DNA of 63,568 bases, filler included, from Collodictyon triciliatum (Eukaryota): the NCBI GenBank assembly GCA_043381765.1. It is 9 parts of 9 records of this genome, joined end to end, with 100 filler letters (N's around TTAATTAATTAA, not from the genome) between each part and the next. Parts side by side here need not be neighbours in the genome. Positions count along the whole stretch, not along the records: positions 31,253 to 38,957 come from JBHJMP010003783.1; positions 39,058 to 46,764 come from JBHJMP010003784.1; positions 46,865 to 54,561 come from JBHJMP010003785.1; 6 more parts are not named here. One strand, given 5' to 3'. Below the pieces are notes generated by a model that had not been told where the DNA came from, did no database searches, and was given only the letters and a program-made list of their open reading frames with translations. Position numbers and translations under genes: made by a program. Shown here piece after piece: positions 37,501 through 48,674 of this stretch. Numbering within the stretch: position 1 is the first letter of the stretch; each line of letters starts with the position of its first letter.

Positions 37501-38663
37501 ATGATGGCCAGAGCTGGGTAGCAATCAAGGAGGTTTCTGCATTACATGATTATCCGGTTCTGCGGTGCCCGGGTTGTCAGGTTCCATTAAAAAAAGTAAA
37601 AAGGTACGGACGAATCGCTAAGCATGAGACCTTGTTGTATTCACAAAAACAGTATCTCTTGAGAGAACAAGCCTCAGTCGAGAAATTGAGGAAAGATGTC
37701 GTAAATCATACAAAACCAAAGAAACAAAAAAGAAAAGGTGGAAAACAAAAGACAGATAGTAGCGAGAATGATATCAACTTGGTTGAGATTTCTAAAGAGC
37801 TGTCCAAAAACCAAACGATTTTAAGAAACATTCCTCAAAATTCTCCTTACGCAGCGTTCCTTAAAAGCTACGATATAAGAAAAAGATTGCTGGGAATCAA
37901 AGGAGACTCCATAGAAATAGAATCAATTGTGATGACTTTGAATCAAGTGCGCGGGCAAACACTAGAGTGTTGCATCGAAAGGATAAGGTATTGTCTCGAA
38001 AAACTTGCTGTTGCGTTGAGATCCAAACTGCAAAAAACCTCAACCGATTCAGCATTAGTAAATCCCGAAAAGTGTGAAGCTCCAAAGATAGACAAAAGTA
38101 GTGGCAGCAGAGCACAGGAAATTCCTATCACAGCGGAAAACATATTGCAGATGATATCTGACATTCTGGAATCACAATATTCGGATATGATGCAAGAATT
38201 GGAGTCATTTTGTCAGGAGAAGAAACTTTTTACCAGAGTTTGCTCGACAAATTTATCATTTCTAGTACCCATGCTAAAAATACAAGAGGAATTGCGCCAA
38301 TCGGCACAGCTTACTTCAGGTCTCAACCAACAAATTGAGAGTGTGATACAACGAACATATCTAATTCGTTTAGGACTATTGCACAAGATTTCGTTGGACA
38401 ATACGTCTATGTCGAGGGAATTCAGCTTACTTTGCCGTGAAATGACAGAGAAAATTAAAGCATTGAGACCTGCAGGGTTGACAGAGAAGGATTTCGAAAC
38501 AATAGCAAAAATAATAGACAAAAGGTTCAAAAAGGAGACCAAAGCGTTTGGAGGAAGGTGGTTGCGATGTCCTAACAATCACACCTATTGCGTCTCTTCG
38601 AAGTCTGCAACGGTGAAGAAAGAAACGTTTTGCACAGAATGTGAATCGGAAAGCGCCGTCTGA
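31578..38663 (+). CDS. ZNFX1: ZNFX1-like SF1 (UPF1-like) RNA helicase with NFX1-type zinc fingers, RING-like region and C-terminal RZ-like finger; single exon
   Basis: GPRHDND..DFREISIMPT..E, YLDRQFRLMRHD, IQGPPGTGKT, CYTNHALDQFLE, IIGATTSG, EEAGEVLESH, IGDHLQLRP, SLFERL, TVDNFQGEE, RVNVMLSRAKHG, repeated C.H.C...C fingers, LDCGH..CP.C..RYG, WLRCPNNH..C..C. Confidence 0.92.
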   Translation: MGASNSSPEKRLPNSQVGLEPSSKYSPSTVSSVGLMQQSSEDQCFLLQKPQIAHQKAYNSYDTLASSRAVANAQSVIPPQSSSQQKAYTSYDTLASSRASTNAQSGMPPHPSSQQKGHTSYDTLASSRTVANAQSGMPPHPSSQQKGHTSYDTLASSRASTIAQSGMPPQSPSQQKGHTSYDTLASSRTVANAQSGMPPQSPSQQKAYTSYDTLASSRAVTNTQSGMPQNFTSDHESKKEIRDAETGSISVLVNRRMEVDIDASGNRKAGSANTQATSRAVYKKDLRDNKHGQVEDKKDKGTKYTDDQITVKDSSSMKYTGDASASLTALLDIEEEGSLVHSKESSKSNTLWRINKPFRHHGDIKIFVRLLGEEKDKELLLDDFNRRTKQASENLTVILDARITIEKGVSLQSVCFFTVIVPFCAFIGDKNLQNSPMRKQVAYLNNLVLSDGTFVEKIFNVISQLSSYHSRDNIPGFLEYKRYNSGANFSDVIIPILEVCDVYMKKVSDSAANQMIFKWFDSMNALILSCNGSLKLQRLLSDLQNLARISQPKKRVQKTEVRREGTVYDESLVIVPMISSEGPGQLRLKGPRHDNDYADFREISIMPTQNEMLCELYDYLPHPNRPDGILATEEDTYLDRQFRLMRHDMTASIRKTAQLLMQNLAKFTSNPKATHNISGIVDDEKITLSLFRNAQLVEVVARNKKLQCVVKIEHPVQAGGKGDEKSSVFWKSAVGSKLLEHGQLVVVVLGIVNLPSNGITYENMLFANISGDPRIDKAGVELSLDFVNSKETFNYLEYSTHINAFNSTKKCVIAVTRNNNVEIYQPILKCLKSMTHMDIPFSSIICHEDSDDIWQSPLYNTGNSFAIVKSIFNDGQPRKIPLRSFEELRNYLFDLRDKINLDDTQIESYAIGMTRKIGLIQGPPGTGKTYVGIKLIMSMVENKTFLKLKQKSHTVRGVVDSWEGWTQSDPKLPILCICYTNHALDQFLEGLLDAGVPLDKIVRIGSRSKSERLVPCSLLNIKSVNAKGSDRLFRRFFAIMKEAEKSLLKFIDGMKDMDRLLYQYLNTMEDETFISLFPDELISAIVELNGKKEAKPNEKESRPKLLDVEEKTKSAKEGLFLAWTKGHALEDVFKEYSENHKLILDQLERKAKLYIWKTTMRERKLIIDNWYLLTNEWNKNEFSRLFSAYESSTTDLRNYENKFNYEFLKSSYIIGATTSGCARFHDLIRSISPQIVMCEEAGEVLESHIISSISQNVMQLIMIGDHLQLRPKINEHGLSMDHASKYGLDMSLFERLVHRYEKLKRLNRLENRTFLTTMDQQRRMTPSVSSLIRSTLYPMLRDSIEVTRYPLVEGMKERLWFFNHTNREDGYNCSGSMAKSASNSAEAFMIVELLRHLVRQGYASNDIAILTPYLGQLFTIRKMLQSQNIQLYLNDLDLNDLSKYAEDEKDLSEDSDGDETESEDESNSEEEENRGAPRKYDDNSDWIEVHKKSGKEKGKKKNKSKLKLVNKNMKDSARLATVDNFQGEEAKVIILSTVRNNPDGRVGFLRVFNRVNVMLSRAKHGMYILGSVSTIRASKKAVMFNQVIDEMERNKKVGSYIELYCQRHKKECIVTKPQDFKTYAPDGGCDALCDYVLKCRHKCPRSCHPDDIHHEATICKEKCSKALTCGHPCQKYCSEPCGPCNVFVPFTNKCGHHSKIKCQHLFKGDEVPCFEEVDFVNPYCKHIMKITCEESQSLMEMFENLSNMEIPLFKEQFSKTHALFSCKAECGKIQEECNHICQGSCGSCFHKSCESSHSIIPKKIFHASKCKSKCLKSMICGHSCASECHKSQDCPPCQKKCVTKCEHFTCKQPCATLCNICPKECDWSCKGEHPNKKSCNLLCAMPCERLPCDERCPEILSCGHRCPTVCGEPCPTSQYCQQCGIHKEDVIDMIGGQKYKEVSLDESRILVLDCGHLYTVDSLDMTFGIGNFYEHDGQSWVAIKEVSALHDYPVLRCPGCQVPLKKVKRYGRIAKHETLLYSQKQYLLREQASVEKLRKDVVNHTKPKKQKRKGGKQKTDSSENDINLVEISKELSKNQTILRNIPQNSPYAAFLKSYDIRKRLLGIKGDSIEIESIVMTLNQVRGQTLECCIERIRYCLEKLAVALRSKLQKTSTDSALVNPEKCEAPKIDKSSGSRAQEIPITAENILQMISDILESQYSDMMQELESFCQEKKLFTRVCSTNLSFLVPMLKIQEELRQSAQLTSGLNQQIESVIQRTYLIRLGLLHKISLDNTSMSREFSLLCREMTEKIKALRPAGLTEKDFETIAKIIDKRFKKETKAFGGRWLRCPNNHTYCVSSKSATVKKETFCTECESESAV
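31740..32262 (+). repeat. Coding tandem repeat, 90-bp / 30-aa unit, about six copies
   Basis: CAAAAAG(C/G)G..TAC starts recur at 31740, 31830, 31920, 32010, 32100, 32190; unit QK(A/G)(Y/H)TSYDTLASSR....AQSGMPP...SQ. Confidence 0.95.
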
Positions 38664-38812
38664 ATAACAGGTTTAATTAACATACCAAAGTTTTTTTTTT
38701 TTAAAAAAAAAGCCATGATAATAGCCATGTTACACAATATGTCTTTTATTGACTTTTCTTCTGACCAAGGATCAAGGTCGCCCTAAATCTCAGCCGGGAT
38801 GAATCAAGTCCT

Positions 38813-38957
38813 AAGAATCCAAAGAATCCAAAAAACATAAAAAATCCGAAGAATTCAAAGAATCCAAAGAATCCAAAGAATCCAAAGAATCCAAAGAATC
38901 CAAAGAATCCAAAGAATCCAAAGAATCCAAAGAATCCAAAGAATCCAAAGAATCCAA
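38813..38957. repeat. (AAGAATCCA)n nonamer repeat at contig end
   Basis: Visible; degenerate copies inside, perfect copies toward the contig end. Confidence 0.9.
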
Positions 38958-39057
38958 NNNNNNNNNNNNNNNNNNNNNNNNNNNNNNNNNNNNNNNNNNN
39001 NTTAATTAATTAANNNNNNNNNNNNNNNNNNNNNNNNNNNNNNNNNNNNNNNNNNNN

Positions 39058-39164
<107 letters not shown>

Positions 39165-39183
39165 AGGAAACAACCACAACCAG

Positions 39184-41652
39184 ATGAGCTTCTCCGGGCT
39201 GCGAGACTCCCTGGCGCTGTCCTCTTCGCGACACTACGCAAGCGACCACCTCTGCACAGACGACAACAGCGACGCCGTCCACGCCTCCTTTGCCGACCCG
39301 GACAGCGAATCGCCCCCAAACGCCGGACGCAGCCGCCCCCGCAAACCGGGCCTGACTCTGCCCTCCACGGGCGAAGGCGACGCCTCCAAACCGCTCTCCA
39401 TGTCCACGGCCGTGACTCTCGCTTCTCCTCGGCCGATGACGACGGGCGACTCCGACCGCTCGTTTGCCACCGCACTTGCCCCAAAGACACCTTCGAAGGA
39501 CCCCGAAAGCGCAGAAGGCTCGGACGCCTCCGACGCAGACGGAGATTCGGACACCGACCATCACGATAATCACGATCGCCTTCCGGTCCGCGTGCGCCCT
39601 GCGCAATCGCAGCCTCATCAGACTCGCGCCCGCACAGCTTCTGAGCAGCAGGCGCAGTCGCAATCGCATGCGAATCTTGGAAATCCAGAGTCTGCAGTGC
39701 CGCCGGATCAGAGGCTGAGAGCCGCGTCCAATGCGCAGATATTGCCGGGATCACACGGATCACACGGATTACACGGATTACACGTTGCTGGGAGGGATTC
39801 GGTGCTGCCTGAAGTGGACATGTTTGAGGACTTTGTCAGGCTCGAGACAAACTCGCTGCCTCTGCCGCTCCATCCAAAGATTAAAAAGAAGCTCGAGAAG
39901 CATCGTCTCAAGTATGAGGTATGAGCTGTGTTTATTTGTAAAGATTCGTAAATTATGTTTTAGGGGCAACTGCATTTTTTTTTTTGGTTGTAGAGCATAT
40001 AATAAATGCCCTTTGCTCTTACTCATTTTCTTCTTATTAAATTAGAAAAAGTATGCAAAAAAGAGTAAGCACATGCTAAAGACCGCTGCGAAGCAGTTGC
40101 AAAAAACAAAGAGTCCTCAGTTGGACGTTTCAGATGCCGAGCTGAGCATGATTCCGTATCAAATATTCGAGTGTACATTTCTTGTTGAAGTAAATCTAAG
40201 CAATAATAAGGTAAATGTACGGTTGAAAGTGCAATTATGTAGTCTGATAGCTTCATCCTCTACCGACAATATACCATTCTATATGTTATTTTTTGAGACA
40301 CTGTGGTAATGATTAGCCTTTGCAATCATAGTTATCTTCCATTCCTGAAGCAATCTCATCCTTGAACCTTCTCGCCTCTCTTCATCTCGGCCAGAATGAA
40401 ATTACTGAGATTCCTCAGTCCATAACATCCCTGATGCATCTCACATTCATCGATCTCTGTTCCAATAAGTTGGTTGCAGTAAGTCCTTGTTTATATAACA
40501 AGAGGAGAAAAATACATCAAAATAAGATACCATCTTTATTTCTATGCATGAATTCTTTTTTTTTTCCCCTTATCTTTTCTCCGATATCTTATTCTGCTGA
40601 TTGTAGCTTCCAGAGTCCATTGGTGCACTTAACCAATTGAATGTACTTCTCATCAGACAAAACAAAATCGAATCCCTCCCACAGTAAGTAAATCGCATAT
40701 TCTCGCAACCGTGCACATACGAAGCCCCAAATGCCTGTTGATTGCACTCTGGCAAAAAAAAAAAAAAAAACCTTTTCAAACCCGATGGCCATTGTATAAT
40801 AGTCTATTTCATTATATGAAAATACAAGAGAAAGATTATCTTTCAATAATTTTTATTATTAAAAATAAAAAAAAAGTAAAAAATACATTTTGATCAAGCC
40901 CTATATTAACATACCTTTTATTGCAATCTATGACCTTTCTATTATCTCCTAGTTCTCTAAAGCACCTCAAAACGCTGCAAAAGCTTTCTGTCCGCTCCAA
41001 TATGCTCCAGATTGTATCGGACGAGGTTTGCGGAATGGAAGGTATCGCGCTCTTGGACATGCGCTCCAATCACATAAAACACGTCTCTCCGGCCATCGGA
41101 AACCTGCGCCATTTAAAGTATCTCGACCTGGGCAGCAATCGACTGTCCGACCTACCAAAGGAGCTTTTCCGTTGTCCAAAGATTCAGTATCTCAACCTGT
41201 CCCAGAACAGTTTCAAGGCACTCTCACCTGATATTACAAATCTAATGACCCTTGACACTATCGACGTGGAAGGGAATCAGATTGTCTCTATGCCTGACTC
41301 CCTGGGAGTCCTGACAAACATCCAGAATCTCCATCTAAGCTACAACTCACTCACATCGATTCCGGATTCGATAGGGTTTCTGCACAAGCTTCATGCTTTC
41401 CATGCAAACAATAATCTAATCGGAAAACTTCCGCACACATTTTCGAGACTGACTTGCCTAACCGTCATGAATATAAAATTCAATCGGTTAAAGGCTTTCC
41501 CGGAGAACACCGGTGCATTGACAGCCTTGCAGGAGCTGTATGCAACAGATAATGAAATTGAAAAGTAATCATTTATGATATATATGCCTTTGCGTGCATG
41601 AATACTTTTTCTTTGTAAATCGTTTGGTTAGTCTATTATCCTAACATTTACT

Positions 41653-41736
<84 letters not shown>

Positions 41737-43028
41737 TTCGTTTTATTTTCTACATCTCAAACTCTTTCCCTTCGTTACACTCCGTCAAACATTTTAATAT
41801 TCTAATGCCAAACATAGATTTCCGTCAGATTTCAGCAATCTGAAAAGATTAGAAATTCTAGAAATCGACAGCAACAACCTTTCTGAACTACCAACAGGCA
41901 TTTCTCATTTGACTTCTTTGTCCAAGCTGAATGCTGAGGACAACAAACTTTCAGTCATTCCACAGCAGTGGGGTGTTGGAATGTGTTTACGCGAGCTTTA
42001 TCTATGCGAGAATCGCCTCATTTCGCTGCCCTCTAGTCTATTCGAAATACAAAGTTTGTTTTTTTATTTTGATTTGATTTGTTTAGTTTGTTTTGTTTGT
42101 TNNNNNNNNNNNNNNNNNNNNNNNNNNNNNNNNNNNNNNNNNNNNNNNNNNNNNNNNNNNNNNNNNNNNNNNNNNNNNNNNNNNNNNNNNNNNNNNNNNN
42201 NNNNNNNNNNNNNNNNNNNNNNNNNNNNNNNNNNNNNNNNNNNNNNNNNNNNNNNNNNNNNNNNNNNNNNNNNNNNNNNNNNNNNNNNNNNNNNNNNNNN
42301 NNNNNNNNNNNNNNNNNNNNNNNNNNNNNNNNNNNNNNNNNNNNNNNNNNNNNNNNNNNNNNNNNNNNNNNNNNNNNNNNNNNNNNNNNNNNNNNNNNNN
42401 NNNNNNNNNNNNNNNNNNNNNNNNNNNNNNNNNNNNNNNNNNNNNNNNNNNNNNNNNNNNNNNNNNNNNNNNNNNNNNNNNNNNNNNNNNNNNNNNNNNN
42501 NNNNNNNNNNNNNNNNNNNNNNNNNNNNNNNNNNNNNNNNNNNNNNNNCGCTCAAGTTCCTTTTCATAGAGTAAGTTTACATTAAACCTCCTGACTTTCA
42601 TGTCTTTTGTTCATAAAAAAAAAAATTGACGAAATTTGGAAGCCGAGATATAATATATAATTTACATCACACACACAAACAAAATAAAAAAATAATGCGA
42701 CATTTGGCATTCATACCATAAAATAAATAGCGACAACAGACTCCAAAGACTGCCGAGTTCAATGTGCAACCTGACAAACCTAAAAGCGATGAACTCTGTT
42801 TGTATCCAGCTTATGACTGCCACCATCACCATGACATTGGCATTTTTCTGATGTTCTTAAACCTATTAGTAAATATGTGAATGATTGGTCGGTCTTACTC
42901 TAATATTCTCGCAGTTGAATAATCCATGGCTTCCCCCTCTCGATGCGCTGCAATCACCTGTCCGTGTCGTCCCTATTTTTCGCCATTTGAAGCGACTCCA
43001 AGCGATTCAGAAAACAGGAACATCGTAA
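39184..43028 (+). CDS. Leucine-rich-repeat protein (SHOC2/LRRC-like LxxLxLxxNxLxxLP repeats) with disordered N-terminus; internal N gap
   Basis: Repeats such as LRHLKYLDLGSNRLSDLPKEL and LTNIQNLHLSYNSLTSIPDSIG across exons; last exon LNNPWLPPL...KTGTS* ends 43028. Confidence 0.85.
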
Positions 43029-43560
43029 AGACACGGAGGGCATGTGTTCACATTTACAAGTATTTTCCGTCTTGTTTCCTTTCTATTATTCTAATTGCCA
43101 AACGACTTATAAGAACACGCCTCCCTTTCTCTTCATCTCATGTCCATTTGCGAAATATTGCTATCCATCTGTTTCTCTGGCCGAGTGCTGTGCTTCATCC
43201 GAAGAATGGACTCATAAAAGCTCAAAATAAATAAATGAATAATTGGGGTATTCAACTGATAATCTCCTTACATCACTGCATTATCGTCATATTGCACTTG
43301 AAAAGAAAAAAATCAAGATAACGTAGAATTATATATAATCTTTCAGCTACCCCAGTTCAATCATACATGCGAAAATAATCCTTCGAAGCAATTATACTTT
43401 AGAAGAGAATATTATGATAAAATTACATTTATTTCTAATGGCAAGATTGGCTGTCTCAGTAACCAAAAAGCAGAAAGCAAGTGTAAGGCAAATCTACAAA
43501 GGGGGAAGAACAAAAGAACACAATTCTTCCCTGTGATGCTTCTTGTCTAAGCACAAAGTA

Positions 43561-44515
43561 TCACAGGCTCCCTTTCAATCTAATCACAATCACAGAAATA
43601 TCGTCATGAAAATGTCTGCGGATTCGTGGGCTCATTTTTTGCAAGGACTCGACAGTCATTCCAGTTTTCATGGACAGCATTCGTAGGGCTTCATGTATCA
43701 GCAACTCCGCCACGTTGGGCGCACCAGCCTGTGATGAGCCATGCGATGTGAAAAAAAAGTGTTGCGGCTTTTCAAGATGATATAAAATAATAGGAAATGT
43801 GGCGTTTCCGGTTCAGAAGAAATAAAGAATAATCCAAATAAATTACGTTTTGTTCTTTTGACTGTGACAAGCCTTCGGGCATGGAGACAACTTCATACTC
43901 CTCCTCGTCAATGAAGACTTCGCAGCTTTGGATCTTTGGGCTCTCTGCAGCATAAAGCTGCGTTTCATATCCAAAGAAGCTCGAGGCTATCCAACTTGAG
44001 ATGGTGGAAAAGGATGTGAGACTGAACGAGTCTCTTGTGTGGTGAGAGGGTTCTGCTGAATCATAGTAACCAAAATAATCGTCATTGTTGTCCTCCTGGA
44101 GTGTCTCCACGCCCATCTTGTGAGTTTGAATTGGTCGCCTAGGTACAAATAAACACACTTCATTCATACATTCGAAGCTACTGGCACATACAGTCTGAAA
44201 TGAAGCAAACCGAACATGTAAGACTTATGTATATGATTACGATACATTTTTGTGCGGTCGTGTTCTTTCAACACATCGAAGACATAGTCCACCGCCTCTT
44301 GGTTTGTCATGAGTTCCCAAAACCCGTCGCTTGCCATGATGATAAATTCGTCCTCTCTCTGAATCGGTATCTCGGTTACTTCTGGTTCGCTTGTTATGTA
44401 ACAGGATGACTTGAGGCCTAAGCGCCTAATTGAAGGAAAGTTTAAAGTTTTTTTTTTTTGTAGAGAATGACCAATATATAAATATTGATACTAATAACAT
44501 AAAATAATGATGATG

Positions 44516-44611
<96 letters not shown>

Positions 44612-45899
44612 CTAATGCAAAGAATAAATATGATAGCCATTCCATCCAAACAAACTGGAATGAATTACAATAATTCATTATTTTTATACAAAGAAGAACG
44701 AATAGAAGATTGGTGTCAACCACATACGAGCAATAATCGGAATCCTTCAAGTAGAAATCACCAAGGCTTCGAGTCACTGTCAGATAACCACCAACACGCG
44801 GCAAAGAACATCCTATGAATAAAGAGAATGAGGCCTCTTCGAAACTAGGAGAAATATATTTGAATCCTTGCAGTAACTTGATTTCGTATATTGCATTATG
44901 CGGCGTGGATTACCTTCCCTGTACTGGATAATATCCTCATCGTTTGAGCTTGATATAACTCGCTGAATCTCAGTTTGGTCGTGGCATGTGTGCTCTTTTG
45001 TCAGCTGCATCGCACAGTGAGATGAAACATTTCGAGATCTACCCAAAAAAAAAAAAAGTAATCATTTTAAATAATTATGAATATTAAACAAAGAACAGCA
45101 ATAATTGGTATATAAATCATTCTGACACACAGATGCCTCCTCACCTGGTTCGAAGTTTCTTTCCAAGGACAATGCGACAATCGCCGCTGTTTGCAATCAC
45201 AATTTTCTCGTTGGATTCGTCAACATAACACGCTGCAACACAACAACCTGCAAAGACGGCTTCGTTCCAATGTGGAATCCCACTTCTAATCAGCTTGTCT
45301 GTTTTCAGGAATGCTTCTTTCATGGCAGCAGAGGGACTATTAACGGATCATCCCGTAATCTTCTTGTGAGTCGCTGATTCACCCATATGGATATATGTAT
45401 ACATACACAATGTTTGATGGTTATCACAAGGTAATTTCACCTCAGCTCTGTCAGAAAAGAGTCACGGAAATGAGTGTGAAGCATGTCCTTCGCAATGTCG
45501 GTTGCAAATCGTCCCCCGTGTCCATCTATGAATAAATCACAGTTTGTTTTGCCCATTTAGAACAAGAGAAGATAAGATAAGATAAGAAAAGAAAAGAAAA
45601 GAAAAAGAAAAGGAAAGAAGAGAAAAGAAGAGAAAAGAAGAGAAAAGAAGAGAAAAGAAGAGAAAAGAAGAGAAAAGAAGAGAAAAGAAAAGAAAAAAGA
45701 AAGAAGAGAAAAGAAAAAAGAAGAGAAAAGAAAAGAAAAAAGAAAAGGAAAAGGAAAAGGAAAGAAGAGAAGAGAAGAGAAAAGAAAAGAAAAAACCTAG
45801 TACTGCATAGAAACCATGTTGCGACTCGGCAATATAGTCGTCCTCACACAAAGGATAATTCCCCGCTATTTGAGCCACTGAGTACACCCCGCGTCTCAT
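43561..45899 (-). CDS. PP2C/PPM protein phosphatase resembling plant clade D / PDP-like members
   Basis: CED, YAVL|DGHGG, ANSGDCRIVLG, LTKEH, LTVTRSLGDFYLK, YITSEPEV, FIIMASDGFWE..TNQEAV, RRHFHDDISVIVI; in-frame stop just upstream of ATG 45899. Confidence 0.88.
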
Positions 45900-47039
45900 G
45901 CTTTATTTGTTGCGGCTTTTTCGCTTACTCTTGTCTTGCTTCCTTTCTTTTTTGCTTGATCCAAACACCAAAAGCTTATCCTTGTTACGTAATTACTGCC
46001 CTCCAGCAACCGAGATACTGCCCTACTTCGCGCCGTGGTTGATGCCGAAAGTATCCTTACTCTGATGAAAAAAGAATCCACCAATTAAAAAAACTAAAGT
46101 GAGCAGGAATAACAGATATAACTAGGACACATAACTTGAAGAAACAGGAGTAGGGGTTGTGAGTCGAGCGAATGGCCGCATTCTGATCTTTTCCAACCAA
46201 AGAATGGGGAAGTAATATAACAAAACAAAACAAAAAAAAAAAACTCTGGAGCCACTGTCCAACCCTTCCCAAAGAAAATGATAACAAAACACAAGAGTTT
46301 GAATATTGCGAGACAAGAATGGAGAGGATCGCTCTAGAAACGTTCCCAGAAACAACTCCAGAGCCGCGAAGAACAACAAGCCGTGCAGAAGCACAAAAAG
46401 AAGCGCAAAAAGACGGCGCGAAACAAGCAAGTGACGTGGACCGACGCACAAACGCGCTGTCCTTTTCACTCCCCTTCAAAATCAACATCGGGACATATCA
46501 ACAGCGAAAAAACATCCGCTATCGGGCTTCGGTCAAACAAACATCAAAAGACAAGCCCGTTCGCAGCACTGAACAATCATAACCATTCAAAAGCGTCAAA
46601 ACCAATACACAAATTGGGGGTATGTGAAAATAAACAAAAAAAAAAAAAAAAAAAAAAAAAAATAAAAAAAAAAAAAATAATAAAAAAAAAAATAAAAAAA
46701 AAAAAAAAAAAAAAAAAAATAAAAAAAATAATTCAAAGAGAAAATATTAAAAAAAAAAAAGCACNNNNNNNNNNNNNNNNNNNNNNNNNNNNNNNNNNNN
46801 NNNNNNNNTTAATTAATTAANNNNNNNNNNNNNNNNNNNNNNNNNNNNNNNNNNNNNNNNNNNNATTATTTTTATTATTATTTTTATTATTATTTTTATT
46901 ATTATTTTATTATTATTTTTATTATTATTTTTATTATTATTTTTATTATTATTTTTATTATTATTTTTATTATTATTTTTATTATTATTTTTATTATTAT
47001 TTTTATTATTATTGTTATTATTATGAGAACATATCGTAG

Positions 47040-47151
47040 AACAACGCCAGAACAGTCGCCCAAATCCGCCGATAGCCAAGTATTCTTCAATGACAATCAA
47101 GACCCATACGAGGACCTATGCGATAACTGGGACTTTTTGAAAGGCAGATGA
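47040..47151 (+). CDS. Possible terminal exon of a gene cut by the contig start
   Basis: TAG acceptor at 47037-47039 then TTPEQSPKSADSQVFFNDNQDPYEDLCDNWDFLKGR*; no homology recognised. Confidence 0.3.
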
Positions 47152-48674
47152 CCATCAGTAATTGTTGACATATTTTTTATCGTTTTATGTATTATATCAG
47201 CTTTCTCGTGAAGCACCCTTTTTCTTTGACGAAACATGATATATCCCCAACCTGACAAGGACAATTCCCTTAATCGCCCTTTAATATACCTTCAATAAAA
47301 AAAAATACCCAAACCAACTCCCGACCATAAAACGCACCGTCCTGCCTTCTTTTGCCGTGCATACGCCCTGACTTCATATAGTTTCTTTTTTATTCCATCC
47401 TTCACTTGCTACATAGTAGAGAAACCAAACCACGACTGATACGAAACACCCATGGGAAATAATGGTCAAAGTTATACCATCATATCGTACCCACTTGCTG
47501 CCGCACTCATAAAATTGACTACTGTCATTCACCTTCAAACACTTCTACCCAAAACGACAAAAAAAAAAAAAACATGAAACCAAGAGTGATGAAAATTAGT
47601 TAAAAACAAGGAAGAAAAGTTGGACACATGAATCCCCCTCGACGAGCTCCTTGTAGCCTGATTGCTGTTTGCTTCCGAAGTGCTACTTCGCATCGCGTCC
47701 TATGACTTTGACCGAAACGGAGTTCTCTTGGCATCGCCTCCTTTTGTTCCATATGCCTTTTCAACCAGCTCGTTGTATTTCTTCATCCCCGACGTCCGTG
47801 TGCGAATGACAGGAAGTCTCGACCTTTGTCTTGTCAACTTTTCATCATAAGGGGAATGCAACATGAGCGCATATATTGTCCACCATCAAGCGGCTATCAA
47901 CAAAATATGAGCATGTTGCAACAAAATAAAAGAGGGGAAAATAAAAATAAAAAAGAAACTCTTTCTCGTATTCAATTTTTTTTAATACTGATTACTCCAA
48001 GAGAATATCTACATGGGCTATGCACGGTAAATGTAATCCAAACAACTAAAAGAAAGGATGTACGTTTACTCCGACCTGACTACAATTTACACAACCTTAT
48101 GCACCCCACTATTTGTGCCTTCGACGAAGAGTTGTCAAGCACATAGGTATCTTAGGCTTATCGGCTGTAAGTGGGATATTTAGGTTGTAAAGACGAGTTT
48201 GTTGAGGCAGCAAACGTACAAAGCTTGTTATTTTGGTTTGTACTATGGCTTATAATTCAGTGAAATCAAAACATGGAGATACACCCAAGTTTTATTATAG
48301 ATCATAGGACATCTTAAGGCTTCACATAACCCTAACAAGCTAAAAATCATTGGTGCTGATGGGCAAAGTTAAACGGGTAGGGAAGAAACCGTGCAAAAGG
48401 ATGAGCTCGGCACGGTTTCCAACCACTCGAACCTTATCGATTGTGTTCAGGTGTTTCTCTAGAATAGATGAATCAGTCGTTTCATATAATCTCACATTGA
48501 TCAATCCATTCGCATCGAAGCAAGTGCTACAAGGAATTGGCTTTGAGATGATGAGACAGGAAATTTTATTGATTCGTAAGGCACCTTTCCATCTGAAGTG
48601 AAGCATTTAATTCAATAATGAAAACGCTTGTGAGAAAGGGCTTTGCACAAGCTCAGAGGGATGATTGTCAAGAC

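Noticed and set aside
47300-48606. Short ORFs, splice-like signals and a small hairpin (CGAAGT-GCT-ACTTCG) downstream of the lipocalin
   Set aside because: No consistent exon chain or recognisable RNA family could be built.
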